Origin: Fimbriimonadia bacterium
Lineage (GTDB): Bacteria > Armatimonadota > Fimbriimonadia > Fimbriimonadales > JABRVX01
Length of the DNA: 64,000 bases
Assembly: GCA_041483895.1 (NCBI GenBank)
Contig: JBGPGO010000010.1
Span: 1 to 64,000, forward strand
Reading direction: 5' to 3'
The position numbers and the translations under genes were made by a program. Under the pieces are notes generated by a model. That model was given only the letters and a program-made list of their open reading frames with translations. It was not told where the DNA came from and made no database searches. Below are positions 1 to 9,329 of this stretch, in pieces. Every line of letters starts with the position of its first letter. Within the stretch, counting starts at the first letter, position 1.

Positions 1-172
1 TGTATGCTTCCGGAGGTTCTACAACGAGGAGCGTCCGCATTCGTCGCTTGGCTATCTGGAGCCCGCGACGTATGCGGCCGGGTTACAATCACGAGGAAAA
101 GACTAATCTTTGAATTGGATCAAAAAATCGGGGCAGGCCAGCGGCTTTCCGGCGGTTCCGTAGGTAAGCTCC

Positions 173-706
173 ATGGCGCTGGCACATACCATCAAACAGG
201 ATGGGCCGGACCGAACGATCTATGTCACCGGCCTCGCGTCGCACGCGACCTACCCCAATACGCCCGACAGCAGCTTTAGTACCGAAGCGATGCTGGACTG
301 CGATGGCGTAGATGAGGTGCGCATCAACATCATCAGCACCTTCACGCTCAACATGCGGTTCTATTGGTACACCCCTCCCGGCGTGGCATTCACAACCGCT
401 CCAGTATCCGAAACCGAGTACCCGACGCTTGACTACACAAAATGGTATAGCTCGGACACGGGCGGCAACACCGGTCCCCAGGTCCAGTACGGCACCGTCG
501 CACGTACTGAGGTGCTGTCGCTCTGGCCGTTCGGCGCGCAGGTCCTGTTCAACCGCAGATTCGCCTCTCTGCCCGCTCCCCCCGCACATACCTTCACCGC
601 ACCCATCCTCGGTCGGTTCCTCTATCCGGTCGTAACCAATCCGGGGATCAACGACCTCAAGTACATCCTCACCATCCAACGCATCTATGTCATCGGTGGG
701 AGCTAG
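173..706 (+). CDS. hypothetical protein
   Basis: 177-aa ORF with protein-like composition, convergent with the S8 protease; no motif recognised. Confidence 0.55.
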   Translation: MALAHTIKQDGPDRTIYVTGLASHATYPNTPDSSFSTEAMLDCDGVDEVRINIISTFTLNMRFYWYTPPGVAFTTAPVSETEYPTLDYTKWYSSDTGGNTGPQVQYGTVARTEVLSLWPFGAQVLFNRRFASLPAPPAHTFTAPILGRFLYPVVTNPGINDLKYILTIQRIYVIGGS

Positions 707-707
707 A

Positions 708-3602
708 TTACGGATCCCCCACCATCCCGAAGTTGATGAACACGATGTTGATGTCGGGCAGGCCCACGATGCCGTCCCAATCCAGATCGGAACCGGGGTC
801 CGCGTCGTTTCGGCTCAGCGCAAAGTTGACGAAAATCTGATTGAGGTCCGGCAGGTTCACGCCGTTGTCGTTCGTCGCGTCGCCGTTGATCAGGCTGAAG
901 TCGAGCGCGGTCGGCGCGGCGGTCACCGCTACACCGTGGATCGTCTGCCGCAGCCAGTTATCGAACTTCACAGAAACATCGTACTGCCCTTGCGCGACCG
1001 GAAGGGTGGAATAATTGCCGTTCTCATCGAGGGTGATGGGTTGCGTCGCTAGGGCCACCGTCGTGCCCGGTTCGCGAAATTCGATCTCACCGACGATGTC
1101 CCCAGAGCCGTTGTATTGATCGAGATCAATATGTCCGCCCATCGTGCCGGTGTTGGTATTCCCGCCGCCAGGGACGTTGTAGCCAAGGACTCGATTCACG
1201 GTGCCATTACCAAAGTCGCCGGCTTGAGTCAAAACGACGGTTCCGTCGGCCAATATGGCGAAGAGCTCACCTCGGCTACCATTATCGAGGTCGCCGGCCT
1301 GAAACCGCCCGGACCATTCGAGGACCCCGTCCGGCCGGAACTTTATCAGGATGCTGTCCCATAGCCCGATGGTTGTGGCAACGAACACAGCAACATAGAT
1401 ATTCCCGTTTGAGTCCCGCTTCGGCGCTGTGCAGAACCAGTCCCATGCATCAATGTCTGGTAATAGAACTCTGGATTTCCAAAGCAGCGATCCACTGGAT
1501 GTCAACGATCGGAGGACCAAATCATTCAGGTTGCCGATCCCTGATTGCTCTTCGAGTACGCTGACAAAGCATGTTCCGTCACTCGCGACATCTATACCCC
1601 CCGATCGATACTTTTCGGCCGAGGAAGAGCTGTATTCATCGGAAAACTGCTGATTGCCAGACAGATCAAACAATCGAGCGCCGGTCGAAGCGCCTTCCGG
1701 GAATTGCACTAGCCCAGTGGTCGAGAGAAGCCCAGACATCCCAACGTAATTCCCGCCAACTCCTAGTCCCATCGCAAGATCGTCGAGGACGTCGGGACCC
1801 GCCCAACTCTTCGCCCACTGAAAGACGCCGGAAGACGAATACTTGACCAGCAAGAATTCGTACCTACCACCGGTCTTCCTTGAACGAGCTAATGCGTAAA
1901 CATTGTCGCTCGAATCAATCTTCACACTTAGCGCTTTGACCGAATTGAAGCCGTTCGCATACGACTGGGACCATAGTGGATTTCCCAAATTGTCAATCTT
2001 GTAAACGACCAGCGCTGGGGCGAGGGATGTGCTTACAACAACGATGTTGCCCATGGAATCCGCGACTCCGTCAACCGGTCCACTGTCCATGCCGGTTGCA
2101 ACCGTCGGATTGAGGTCCGCGCTTCCGTCTACGAGGGAATGGCGGTGCAGATGATGGTCCGTGGCGCTTTGAGTCAGCACGTAGACATAGGCGCCTGAAT
2201 TCGGCATAACCAGACAACTTGATCCAGAGGTCCGTTCCGTTCGAACACCCCATTGAAGGTCACCTGACCCATCAAATTTGGCGATCTGTTGGGAAGCGCC
2301 CCCGGAGGTTCTAACAAGAAAGAGACTCACGGCGCTTAGGCCGTCCGGTGTCGTCATGATCTCATTCGGGTACGGCGCCGACCAATCTAGGTCACCATGG
2401 GATGTCTGCCAAATGGGCAATACCGTCGTTCGCTGCAGGACGGCCTGGTAGGCATTGAGCCGTCCGCCGCCGATTTCGCTTGTGAATGGGATAGATGTTT
2501 CGAGAAGCGCCCCTCGAACCTGCGCGGCGTTGTCAACTGAGCGGATGCCACCAAGCGCCGAATACACGAGCGCGGCTGTACCCGCAGCGATCGGACAGGC
2601 CATGGATGAACCACTTTTGTACGAATACCCGCCATTCATGTCCGTGGAATAGATGCCCGTCCCTGGCGCGCCCAAGTCCACCCACGAGCCGCGGTTGGCG
2701 AAACTAGCGAGATTGTTGTCTGACCCCGTCGCGGCGACGGCGATGCATTGGTTGTACGCGGCCGGATAAAACTGCTGGGTTGTGGAATCGTTCCCCGCTG
2801 CGGCGCACACGACGACCCCTTGCGCGGCGGCGTTGGCAATAGCGAGGCTGAGCCCAGAAGAGTCCCCGTAGCTGCCGAGACTCAGGTTGATGACCTGAGC
2901 ACCGTTGATAATTGCGTAGTTGATGCCGGCGACGATCAGCGATTCCGGGTAGGCGTTGGCGGTGCCGACGCGAAGAGCCATGAATCGGCAGTTGAAACCG
3001 ACGCCGGCGATCCCGATGCTGTTGTCGGCGACGGCGGCGGTAATGCCCGCGACGTGGGTTCCATGGCCGTCCACATCCATCGGATCATTATCACCATCTA
3101 CATAATCAAATCCGCCGGCGTAGTGGCCGGCCAGATCGAGGTGATTGTAATTGACGCCCGAATCGATGATGGCGATGACGACCGACGAGCTGCCTTGGCC
3201 CAAGTCCCATGCCTTCGGACAATCAATCCGGTCGGCGCCCCACTGGAACTGCCAATCCGGATCGTTGGGGATATGGTCTGCGCCGCGATAGATTCGATCG
3301 GGTTCCGCGTATCGGACCTGCGCTTGGATGCGGCTGGCAACCGCAAGAATGTTCGTCTTCGAACCGTAATCAAGGAGAACGGAGCGTATCTCCGGATAGC
3401 TTCGCAGGACGATCCCGCCAAACAGCCGTTGCCCTACCGTCACCGGGCCGTCATAACCGACAAGCAGGTGGCCCTTCACGTATCGCGTTCCGTCGGGCAA
3501 GACCCCCACTTGAGACGGAGTAAATCGCTGACCGAAAGCGCCAACCGCAACTATCGCAAGAAAAAGGGTGAAACCTCTCATTGCACGTCCTCTGTGCGCC
3601 AT
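708..3602 (-). CDS. secreted S8 (subtilisin/thermitase-like) serine peptidase with beta-propeller-like region and C-terminal Ig + dockerin-like module
   Basis: Triad motifs IAIIDSG, HGTHVAG, SGSSMACP; signal peptide (true start may be MRGFTLF, 7 codons later); C-terminal GDATNDNGVNLPDLN...DLDWDGIVGLPDIN. Confidence 0.9.
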   Translation of the reverse strand: MAHRGRAMRGFTLFLAIVAVGAFGQRFTPSQVGVLPDGTRYVKGHLLVGYDGPVTVGQRLFGGIVLRSYPEIRSVLLDYGSKTNILAVASRIQAQVRYAEPDRIYRGADHIPNDPDWQFQWGADRIDCPKAWDLGQGSSSVVIAIIDSGVNYNHLDLAGHYAGGFDYVDGDNDPMDVDGHGTHVAGITAAVADNSIGIAGVGFNCRFMALRVGTANAYPESLIVAGINYAIINGAQVINLSLGSYGDSSGLSLAIANAAAQGVVVCAAAGNDSTTQQFYPAAYNQCIAVAATGSDNNLASFANRGSWVDLGAPGTGIYSTDMNGGYSYKSGSSMACPIAAGTAALVYSALGGIRSVDNAAQVRGALLETSIPFTSEIGGGRLNAYQAVLQRTTVLPIWQTSHGDLDWSAPYPNEIMTTPDGLSAVSLFLVRTSGGASQQIAKFDGSGDLQWGVRTERTSGSSCLVMPNSGAYVYVLTQSATDHHLHRHSLVDGSADLNPTVATGMDSGPVDGVADSMGNIVVVSTSLAPALVVYKIDNLGNPLWSQSYANGFNSVKALSVKIDSSDNVYALARSRKTGGRYEFLLVKYSSSGVFQWAKSWAGPDVLDDLAMGLGVGGNYVGMSGLLSTTGLVQFPEGASTGARLFDLSGNQQFSDEYSSSSAEKYRSGGIDVASDGTCFVSVLEEQSGIGNLNDLVLRSLTSSGSLLWKSRVLLPDIDAWDWFCTAPKRDSNGNIYVAVFVATTIGLWDSILIKFRPDGVLEWSGRFQAGDLDNGSRGELFAILADGTVVLTQAGDFGNGTVNRVLGYNVPGGGNTNTGTMGGHIDLDQYNGSGDIVGEIEFREPGTTVALATQPITLDENGNYSTLPVAQGQYDVSVKFDNWLRQTIHGVAVTAAPTALDFSLINGDATNDNGVNLPDLNQIFVNFALSRNDADPGSDLDWDGIVGLPDINIVFINFGMVGDP

Positions 3603-3667
3603 TATACAAAGCTTTTCTGGCTATCAGAGGTGTGAATACCATTAATTTGTTACAAGGGGCCTGGGAC

Positions 3668-4828
3668 TTAGTCCTTTGGCTTCCAGCTGAAGGCGTAATC
3701 GGGGTCTTCGAACTTCAGGCCCGCCTCGGTTAGGTAGAGCGGGCGGAAGGTGTCGAACATGACCGCCAATTCTTCCGTGCGCGTTGCGCCGAGCGATGCC
3801 TCGACCGCGCCGGGCTGCGGTCCATGGGGAATGCCCTGGGGATGCAAGGTAACGCTGCCTTCCTCGATTCCCCGGCGACTCCCAAACTTGGAGTTGACGT
3901 AATACAGCACCTCGTCGCTCTCCAAATTGCTATGGTTATAGGGAATCGGAACCGAGTCCGGATGGTAGTCGAGCATGCGAGGACAGAAGGAACAGATGAC
4001 ATAGCTTGGCGTCTCGAAGGTCTGGTGGATCGGGGGCGGCATGTGGACCATTCCCGTGATCGGCTGAAAGTCGTGTATGTTAAAGGTCCAAGGGTAGAGA
4101 TAGCCGTCCCATCCCGCGACATCCAACGGGTGATAATCGAAGAAATAGGCGGTCATCCGATCGCGCGCTTTTACAATCACTTTGTGGCGGCCGGTTTCGG
4201 TGTGCGATTCCATCCAGGATGGCCCATGCATGTCGCGCTCCGTGTATGGCGCGTGCTCCAATATCTGCCCGTACCAATTGCGGTATCTCTTCGGCGTTTC
4301 GATCTGTTCGTGGGTCTCGAAGACAACTACTCGATTTTCTTCATTATCCGGCACATAGCGATAGATTGTGCCTCGCGGGATGACGATGTAGTCTCCTGGC
4401 CGGAAGGGGACCGTCCCAAACTGAGTATCCAACCTGCCGGTTCCGTCATGGATAAAAAACAGTTCATCCCCCTGGCCGTTTTTGTAAAAACAGTCCATCT
4501 CCTTGTTCGGCCGGACGAGCGCGAAGGAGATGTCCTGGTTCATGATCATCACGATTCGATCCGCCACGATATCGCCGCCCTTGGGCACGTTCGCGGTCTT
4601 GAGATGGCGGTGGTGGAGGGGCTCATCCTTCAGCGCAACCGGAGCTTCGTAAGGGACGGGCGACCAATCGACGACCTCGGTGGGCATGTGGTGATGGTAG
4701 AGAGTGGAAAACATTCCAGTGAACCCTTTGGACCCGAACAACTCCTCGGTGTACAGCTTTCCATCCGGGCGGCGGAACTGGATGTGCTTCTTATTCGGCA
4801 ACTCTCCCATCGCCATGTACTTGGGCAT
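3668..4828 (-). CDS. hmgA: homogentisate 1,2-dioxygenase
   Basis: Motifs EELFGSKGF, GDYIVIPRG, HMPPPIH, PYNHSNLESDEVLYY, LHPQGIPHGPQPG. Confidence 0.92.
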   Translation of the reverse strand: MPKYMAMGELPNKKHIQFRRPDGKLYTEELFGSKGFTGMFSTLYHHHMPTEVVDWSPVPYEAPVALKDEPLHHRHLKTANVPKGGDIVADRIVMIMNQDISFALVRPNKEMDCFYKNGQGDELFFIHDGTGRLDTQFGTVPFRPGDYIVIPRGTIYRYVPDNEENRVVVFETHEQIETPKRYRNWYGQILEHAPYTERDMHGPSWMESHTETGRHKVIVKARDRMTAYFFDYHPLDVAGWDGYLYPWTFNIHDFQPITGMVHMPPPIHQTFETPSYVICSFCPRMLDYHPDSVPIPYNHSNLESDEVLYYVNSKFGSRRGIEEGSVTLHPQGIPHGPQPGAVEASLGATRTEELAVMFDTFRPLYLTEAGLKFEDPDYAFSWKPKD

Positions 4829-4867
4829 CGTGAACCTCCGTTGCTTGTGGGATTGTACCGAATGAGG

Positions 4868-5200
4868 CTATGTCTCCGGCGCTTCGCCGAGTTCCAAGAT
4901 GGATGGGATATCCCTCGCCCCGTGGATGACTCGCCTAATTACAACCGATTCGTCTTGGATGTCATAGAAAACTAAGTAATTATCGAAACCTCGGACTTAC
5001 CAATATCGCATTTCGGCCGTCTCCAACCGACCGCCGGCGTATTGTTTTCCTACCCGAGGATGCTGTCCAAGGAACTCACAACTGTCTTCTAGAGCGAGCG
5101 CAAACCGATCGGCAACGGCGGGATCTTGATCTTCATAGTAGCTGAGGATTTCCGCGACATCTTGCAGGCTTCGTTCGCTCCGAATCACCCGAATGTTCAC
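4868..5200 (-). pseudogene. parE: ParE/RelE-family toxin interrupted by an in-frame TAA at 4997-4999
   Basis: After ...EMRYW* the same frame continues VRGFDNYLVFYDIQDESVVIRRVIHGARDIPSILELGEAPET*, the typical ParE C-terminus. Confidence 0.85.
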
Positions 5201-5457
5201 GCCTGTTTGCGTTGCTCGGACCGCTGCTGTCTAATCTGCTCAAGCAATTCGCGGATTTCGCCAGGTCGATAGTCGGCCACAGGCGATTGCAGGCCTTCCA
5301 TCAGCCTGTCGTCAAGCCATTCCTTGGCAATCCTGATTTGCTCCGAGCGAACCAGTGCCCGGACGTATTCGCTCACTGTTCCATACTCGCCGCTGGCGAC
5401 GCGCTCGTCTATGAACTCCTTCATGGCTTCCGGAAGAGAAAAGGTGATTGTGGTCAT
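5197..5457 (-). CDS. parD: ParD-like ribbon-helix-helix antitoxin
   Basis: TITFSLPEAMKEFIDERVASGEYGTVSEYVRALVR RHH pattern; 4-nt overlap with the toxin. Confidence 0.88.
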   Translation of the reverse strand: MTTITFSLPEAMKEFIDERVASGEYGTVSEYVRALVRSEQIRIAKEWLDDRLMEGLQSPVADYRPGEIRELLEQIRQQRSEQRKQA

Positions 5458-5459
5458 GT

Positions 5460-5495
5460 TCTTATTATATCTTATTTTTTCTTATATGTTCTTAT
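5460..5495 (-). promoter_or_regulatory. parDE promoter/operator: 4 x ATAAGA at exact 10-bp spacing overlapping a TATAAT box
   Basis: TCTTAT on + at 5460, 5470, 5480, 5490; TATAAT on - at 5464-5469, 6 nt before the ATG. Confidence 0.65.
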
Positions 5496-5534
5496 TGAGG
5501 AGCCCAGTCAATCAACCGGTATTGAACGGACCTG

Positions 5535-5623
5535 GTAGCCGCACGCTGCAGCTTGCGCACAGGGAACGCAGGCTAAAGCCTGCGGCTACCTAGCAATTCT
5601 CGCAGGCTATAACCTGCGGCTAC
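5535..5623. repeat. GTAG-type REP cluster, family A (3 copies)
   Basis: gtagccgcacgctgcagcttgcg (5535-5557) and inverted copies cgcaggctaaagcctgcggctac (5567-5589) and cgcaggctataacctgcggctac (5601-5623). Confidence 0.8.
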
Positions 5624-5628
5624 CGGAA

Positions 5629-6957
5629 CTAGCGGAGGACGGAGCGAATCGGCTCGCCGGGGGATAGGCGAATGGGACGGCCGGATGGCGTCTCGTAATA
5701 CTTCGTGTAATCGATATCCATCGCCGCAAGGATGGTGGCCGACAGGTTCTCCGGCGTCACCGGGTCCTGAACTACCTTCTCGCCCCGATCATCGGTCCGG
5801 CCATGGACGAGCCCGCCCTTTACGCCGCCGCCGGCCATCAGGACAGACCAAGCGTCCGCCCAGTGATCCCGGCCACTGGCAGCGTTGATCCGCGGGGTAC
5901 GCCCAAATTCTCCCATCACGACGACAAGCGTGGAATCCAACATGTCGCGGTCATGAATATCCGTCAGTAGCTGCGACAAGGACCGATCGAGGGACGGCAG
6001 AAGGTTGTTCTGCATCAAATTGAAGTTGTTGCTGTGCGTATCCCAACCGGGTTGAGTGACCGTGACGAACGGCACCCCCGCCTCTACTAACCGCCGGGCA
6101 AGCAGGCAGCTCTGGCCTAGGCTGTCTCGTCCGTACCCGTCGCGCAGGGCCGAAGGCTCCTTGCTGATCTCGAACGCCTCCCGGGCCTCCGGCGACTCCA
6201 TGAGTCCCATTGCCCGCCGATAGTATTCGTCCATCGTCTTCACGCGCTCTTGATCGCGATCCAACGTGTCGATTGCCTGCAGGAGGGCCTTCCGGCGGGT
6301 CTGCCGCTCAAAATCCGTGTCCATGGACTGGCCGTCCGGCAACCGGTAATCGGGCCGCCCCGGCTCGCCGGCAAAGAACGGCGCAAGCTGCTCGCCAAGA
6401 TATCCGGGTCCTTGACCGTCGATGCGCTGATTGATCAGGATGTACGGCGGCAGAACCGCGTTCCCGCCGCGCTCTTTCCCGACCACCGCCCCGATCGAGG
6501 GGAATTCCATCGTCGGCAACGGCTCGTACCCCGTCTGGAGATAGTGCTGGCCCCGCTCGTGGCTGTTTTCGCCGCTCCGGACCGAACGAATCAGGGAATA
6601 CCTGTCCGCCATCGTCGCGAGCCGCGGAAGATGCTCGCAGACCTGAATTCCGTCCACGTTTGTGGGGATCGGCTTGAATGGACCTGTGTAATCCAGACCC
6701 GCCGACGGTTTCGGGTCCCATGTGTCCAGATGGCTGGGACCGCCGGCCATGAACAGCAGGATGCACGAGGTCGGGCCGTTCTTCCGCTTCCGGACCGGCG
6801 AACCGAACGCGCGAAGCTGCAGCATGTCCAGCATGCTGAGGCCAAGCAGGGCGGTCAGGCCGGTCTTGAGGAAGGTCCTCCGTGTCCAGCCTTCACAGTC
6901 CTGAGCCCATTGCGGCTCCGTCAGATATTTCGCCAGGCTCTTATCTTCGCTGTTCAT
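5629..6957 (-). CDS. DUF1501 domain protein with Tat-type signal
   Basis: TRRTFLK; CILLFMAGGPSHLDTWDPKP; WDTHSNNF; GEFGRTPRIN...GRDHW. Confidence 0.88.
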   Translation of the reverse strand: MNSEDKSLAKYLTEPQWAQDCEGWTRRTFLKTGLTALLGLSMLDMLQLRAFGSPVRKRKNGPTSCILLFMAGGPSHLDTWDPKPSAGLDYTGPFKPIPTNVDGIQVCEHLPRLATMADRYSLIRSVRSGENSHERGQHYLQTGYEPLPTMEFPSIGAVVGKERGGNAVLPPYILINQRIDGQGPGYLGEQLAPFFAGEPGRPDYRLPDGQSMDTDFERQTRRKALLQAIDTLDRDQERVKTMDEYYRRAMGLMESPEAREAFEISKEPSALRDGYGRDSLGQSCLLARRLVEAGVPFVTVTQPGWDTHSNNFNLMQNNLLPSLDRSLSQLLTDIHDRDMLDSTLVVVMGEFGRTPRINAASGRDHWADAWSVLMAGGGVKGGLVHGRTDDRGEKVVQDPVTPENLSATILAAMDIDYTKYYETPSGRPIRLSPGEPIRSVLR

Positions 6958-6966
6958 AATGCTCGC

Positions 6967-9120
6967 TTACCTCCGAAACTGGAATTCGCGGGAATTGAAA
7001 ACTGCCCACATGACATCTTCCAGCGCCTGCTTCCGATCCTTCGCGCTCTCCACCAGCGGAAGGATGCGGCTCATCTCCTCCTTGGTTGGCTTGCGACACA
7101 AGGAAGAAAGGTACACCCATTCTATCACCCCTGTTGGGCTTTCGCCCGTTAGAATCCTCTTAGCCAAATTGCCGGAATCAGAGGCGATCTTGTTCTGAAT
7201 CGCTCCGTTATTCATCAAAAACAGGGCTTCCGTAAGCGTCGGTTCATTCTCTCGCGTGCAGACGACCTGCTGCCGTTTCGGCCGCCCGAAGATGTCGAGA
7301 AAGCGCGAATAGGCCGCTGTATCCGGCAATTGCATGGCCCGCGTTCCAATCGGAGCGTCGCCATACTGCTCCGGAATCCCGGTAATTTGGCAGACGGCGT
7401 CCGCCATCTCTTCCGCGCCCAATCGCCTCGGAGGGGCATGGGAGAAGGTGCGCAGGTCGTTCTTGTTGGCGCCATTCGTTTTGGTTGTGAGCTGGTACGC
7501 TGCCGAACTGACGACAGTCTTGATGAATGCCTTGAAATCATAGCCGGACTTAATCAGTGATTGTGCCAAAGCATCCAGCAGGTCTGCATCGACCGGCGGA
7601 TTCGAGAACCGATAATCGTCCACCGGATCGAAGATGCCTCTCCCCATCAACTGGGCCCAGATTCGATTGGCGAAATTGCGGTCGAAATATCCCGAACCCG
7701 CGCCTTTGTCTCCAACGATCCAGTCTGCCAATTGCGCTCGAAGGTCCGCGTTCAGGTTGACCGATTTGCCGTCAAGCAGCCCCGGCTGCATCAGGGGATT
7801 GTCGGATCGCTTCGCGATGTGCAGGGGAGAGAGATCCGGCACATCTTTGACGACCTTCTCGTCTTTCTCCGCTCCCTGAACGGTTCTCGTCTTTCCGAAC
7901 ATGGAAGCGAACCGATAGAAGTCCTCCTGGCTCCAATTCTCGTACGGATGGTTGTGACATTGCGCGCAATCCAGGCGAATTCCTAGAAATACTCGGCTGG
8001 TCGAGGTCGCCCCCTGCTCCAGCCCCTCCAAAGGCATGTAGAAGTTGACAGGCCCGTCCTCGAAATTCTGTCCGTTCGCTGTCAGGATCTCGCGGGCGAT
8101 GACGGAAAGAGGTTTGTTCGACGAGACCGAATCGCGCAGGTATTTGTGGATGGCTTCCACGCCGCGCCGCTGCATGAAAAGCCGGTTGACGCGCAGCATG
8201 TCTCCCCACCACTGCGACCAACGGTCGGCGAACTCTTCGCTCGCCAAAAGCCGGTCCAGAAGCTTGGCACGCTTTCCCGCGCCTGGCTCTTGCAAGAAGG
8301 CCAACGTCGCATCCGCCGTCGGGAGCATTCCGGTCAGATCAAGGCTTGCCCTTCGGAGAAACTCGCTGTCGGAGCATGTCTCGCTCGGCGCGATGCCAAG
8401 CCGCTTCCATCGCTTCTGCAAATATTCATCGATGAAATTCTTTGGCGAAAATTTCGAACGGACCGCCGGCGCTTTGGCCAGGGTGATGTCTGAGACAATC
8501 GCAGAGGCCGCCACTTTGCCGGCATATCGGACGACGAGAAACGCATCCCCACGACCTTTCCCCGTCACAACCGGCCCGTCGGCGGTTGCCACTAGGTCAT
8601 CCGTCGTCGAGAATCGGCATAGGTCCGTCACATCGGCCTGCGAACCATCGGAGTAGCTCGCCGTCGCCTTCACAGTGATCATTTCGCCGGTCCTGGCAAA
8701 GTGCACCGGGGCAACGTGAAGGGATACGAATCGAGCATCGTCTGCCGACGGTCCGGGCGCTCCCACCTTGATCCAGGCCAGCAGCGATCGATATTCTGCG
8801 TTGCCAACAGGGAAACGCAGGCCGCCGCCGTGAATCACGGAAAGTGTCGGCTTCTTGAGAAGAAGGCTGTTTTCAGGATCGGCCGGGTCGACGCGGGCCG
8901 CCATCATTTTGGCGTCGGCAAGCGGATCGAAGTTGAAAAGCGATAGTTTGAAGCCGTGCTGGCCTCCTTCCGCGGCGTGGCACGATCGGGCGGCGCACCC
9001 CGCCTTTGTCAGAACAGGGAGAACGTTGCGTGCGAAGGTCGGCTTACTTTCGTACGCGGAAGCAAGAAATGAAGCCGAAACCGCGAGCGTGGCAGAAATG
9101 CTGAGTATCGTACGATTCAA
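6967..9120 (-). CDS. DUF1549/DUF1553 (PSD1-type) protein with Ig-like domain and CxxCH motif
   Basis: GCAARSCH; NFIDEYL...EFLRRASLDLTG; LGIRLDCAQCHNHPYE; NRIWAQLMGRGI; terminal NSREFQF. Confidence 0.88.
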   Translation of the reverse strand: MNRTILSISATLAVSASFLASAYESKPTFARNVLPVLTKAGCAARSCHAAEGGQHGFKLSLFNFDPLADAKMMAARVDPADPENSLLLKKPTLSVIHGGGLRFPVGNAEYRSLLAWIKVGAPGPSADDARFVSLHVAPVHFARTGEMITVKATASYSDGSQADVTDLCRFSTTDDLVATADGPVVTGKGRGDAFLVVRYAGKVAASAIVSDITLAKAPAVRSKFSPKNFIDEYLQKRWKRLGIAPSETCSDSEFLRRASLDLTGMLPTADATLAFLQEPGAGKRAKLLDRLLASEEFADRWSQWWGDMLRVNRLFMQRRGVEAIHKYLRDSVSSNKPLSVIAREILTANGQNFEDGPVNFYMPLEGLEQGATSTSRVFLGIRLDCAQCHNHPYENWSQEDFYRFASMFGKTRTVQGAEKDEKVVKDVPDLSPLHIAKRSDNPLMQPGLLDGKSVNLNADLRAQLADWIVGDKGAGSGYFDRNFANRIWAQLMGRGIFDPVDDYRFSNPPVDADLLDALAQSLIKSGYDFKAFIKTVVSSAAYQLTTKTNGANKNDLRTFSHAPPRRLGAEEMADAVCQITGIPEQYGDAPIGTRAMQLPDTAAYSRFLDIFGRPKRQQVVCTRENEPTLTEALFLMNNGAIQNKIASDSGNLAKRILTGESPTGVIEWVYLSSLCRKPTKEEMSRILPLVESAKDRKQALEDVMWAVFNSREFQFRR

Positions 9121-9329
9121 ATCTCTTGGCTATCTCCTCGAATGATGGAGCTACGAACCGGGTATACCATCGGTTGCGGAATTGGGGCCTTGGTTGGCAT
9201 CGCTGTGGGTATATAGGATTCGTTGTGCGAGGGGTGATTGCCACCCGAACCCACAGCCACAGGGATTGCAGGCGGTCGACGAGCCCCCTGCCGAAAATAG
9301 CAAAGGTCGGTGCTTTCGCTGGAGGAGCA

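Noticed and set aside
2748..3635. Long antisense ORFs (also 3824-4975, 14768-15670, 17793-18920, 18758-19849, 23510-24523, 34107-34937)
   Set aside because: Shadow frames of well-supported genes in GC-rich DNA; no motifs.
4997..4999. Programmed readthrough or Sec/Pyl recoding in parE
   Set aside because: The codon is TAA, which is not used for Sec or Pyl and ends other genes here normally.
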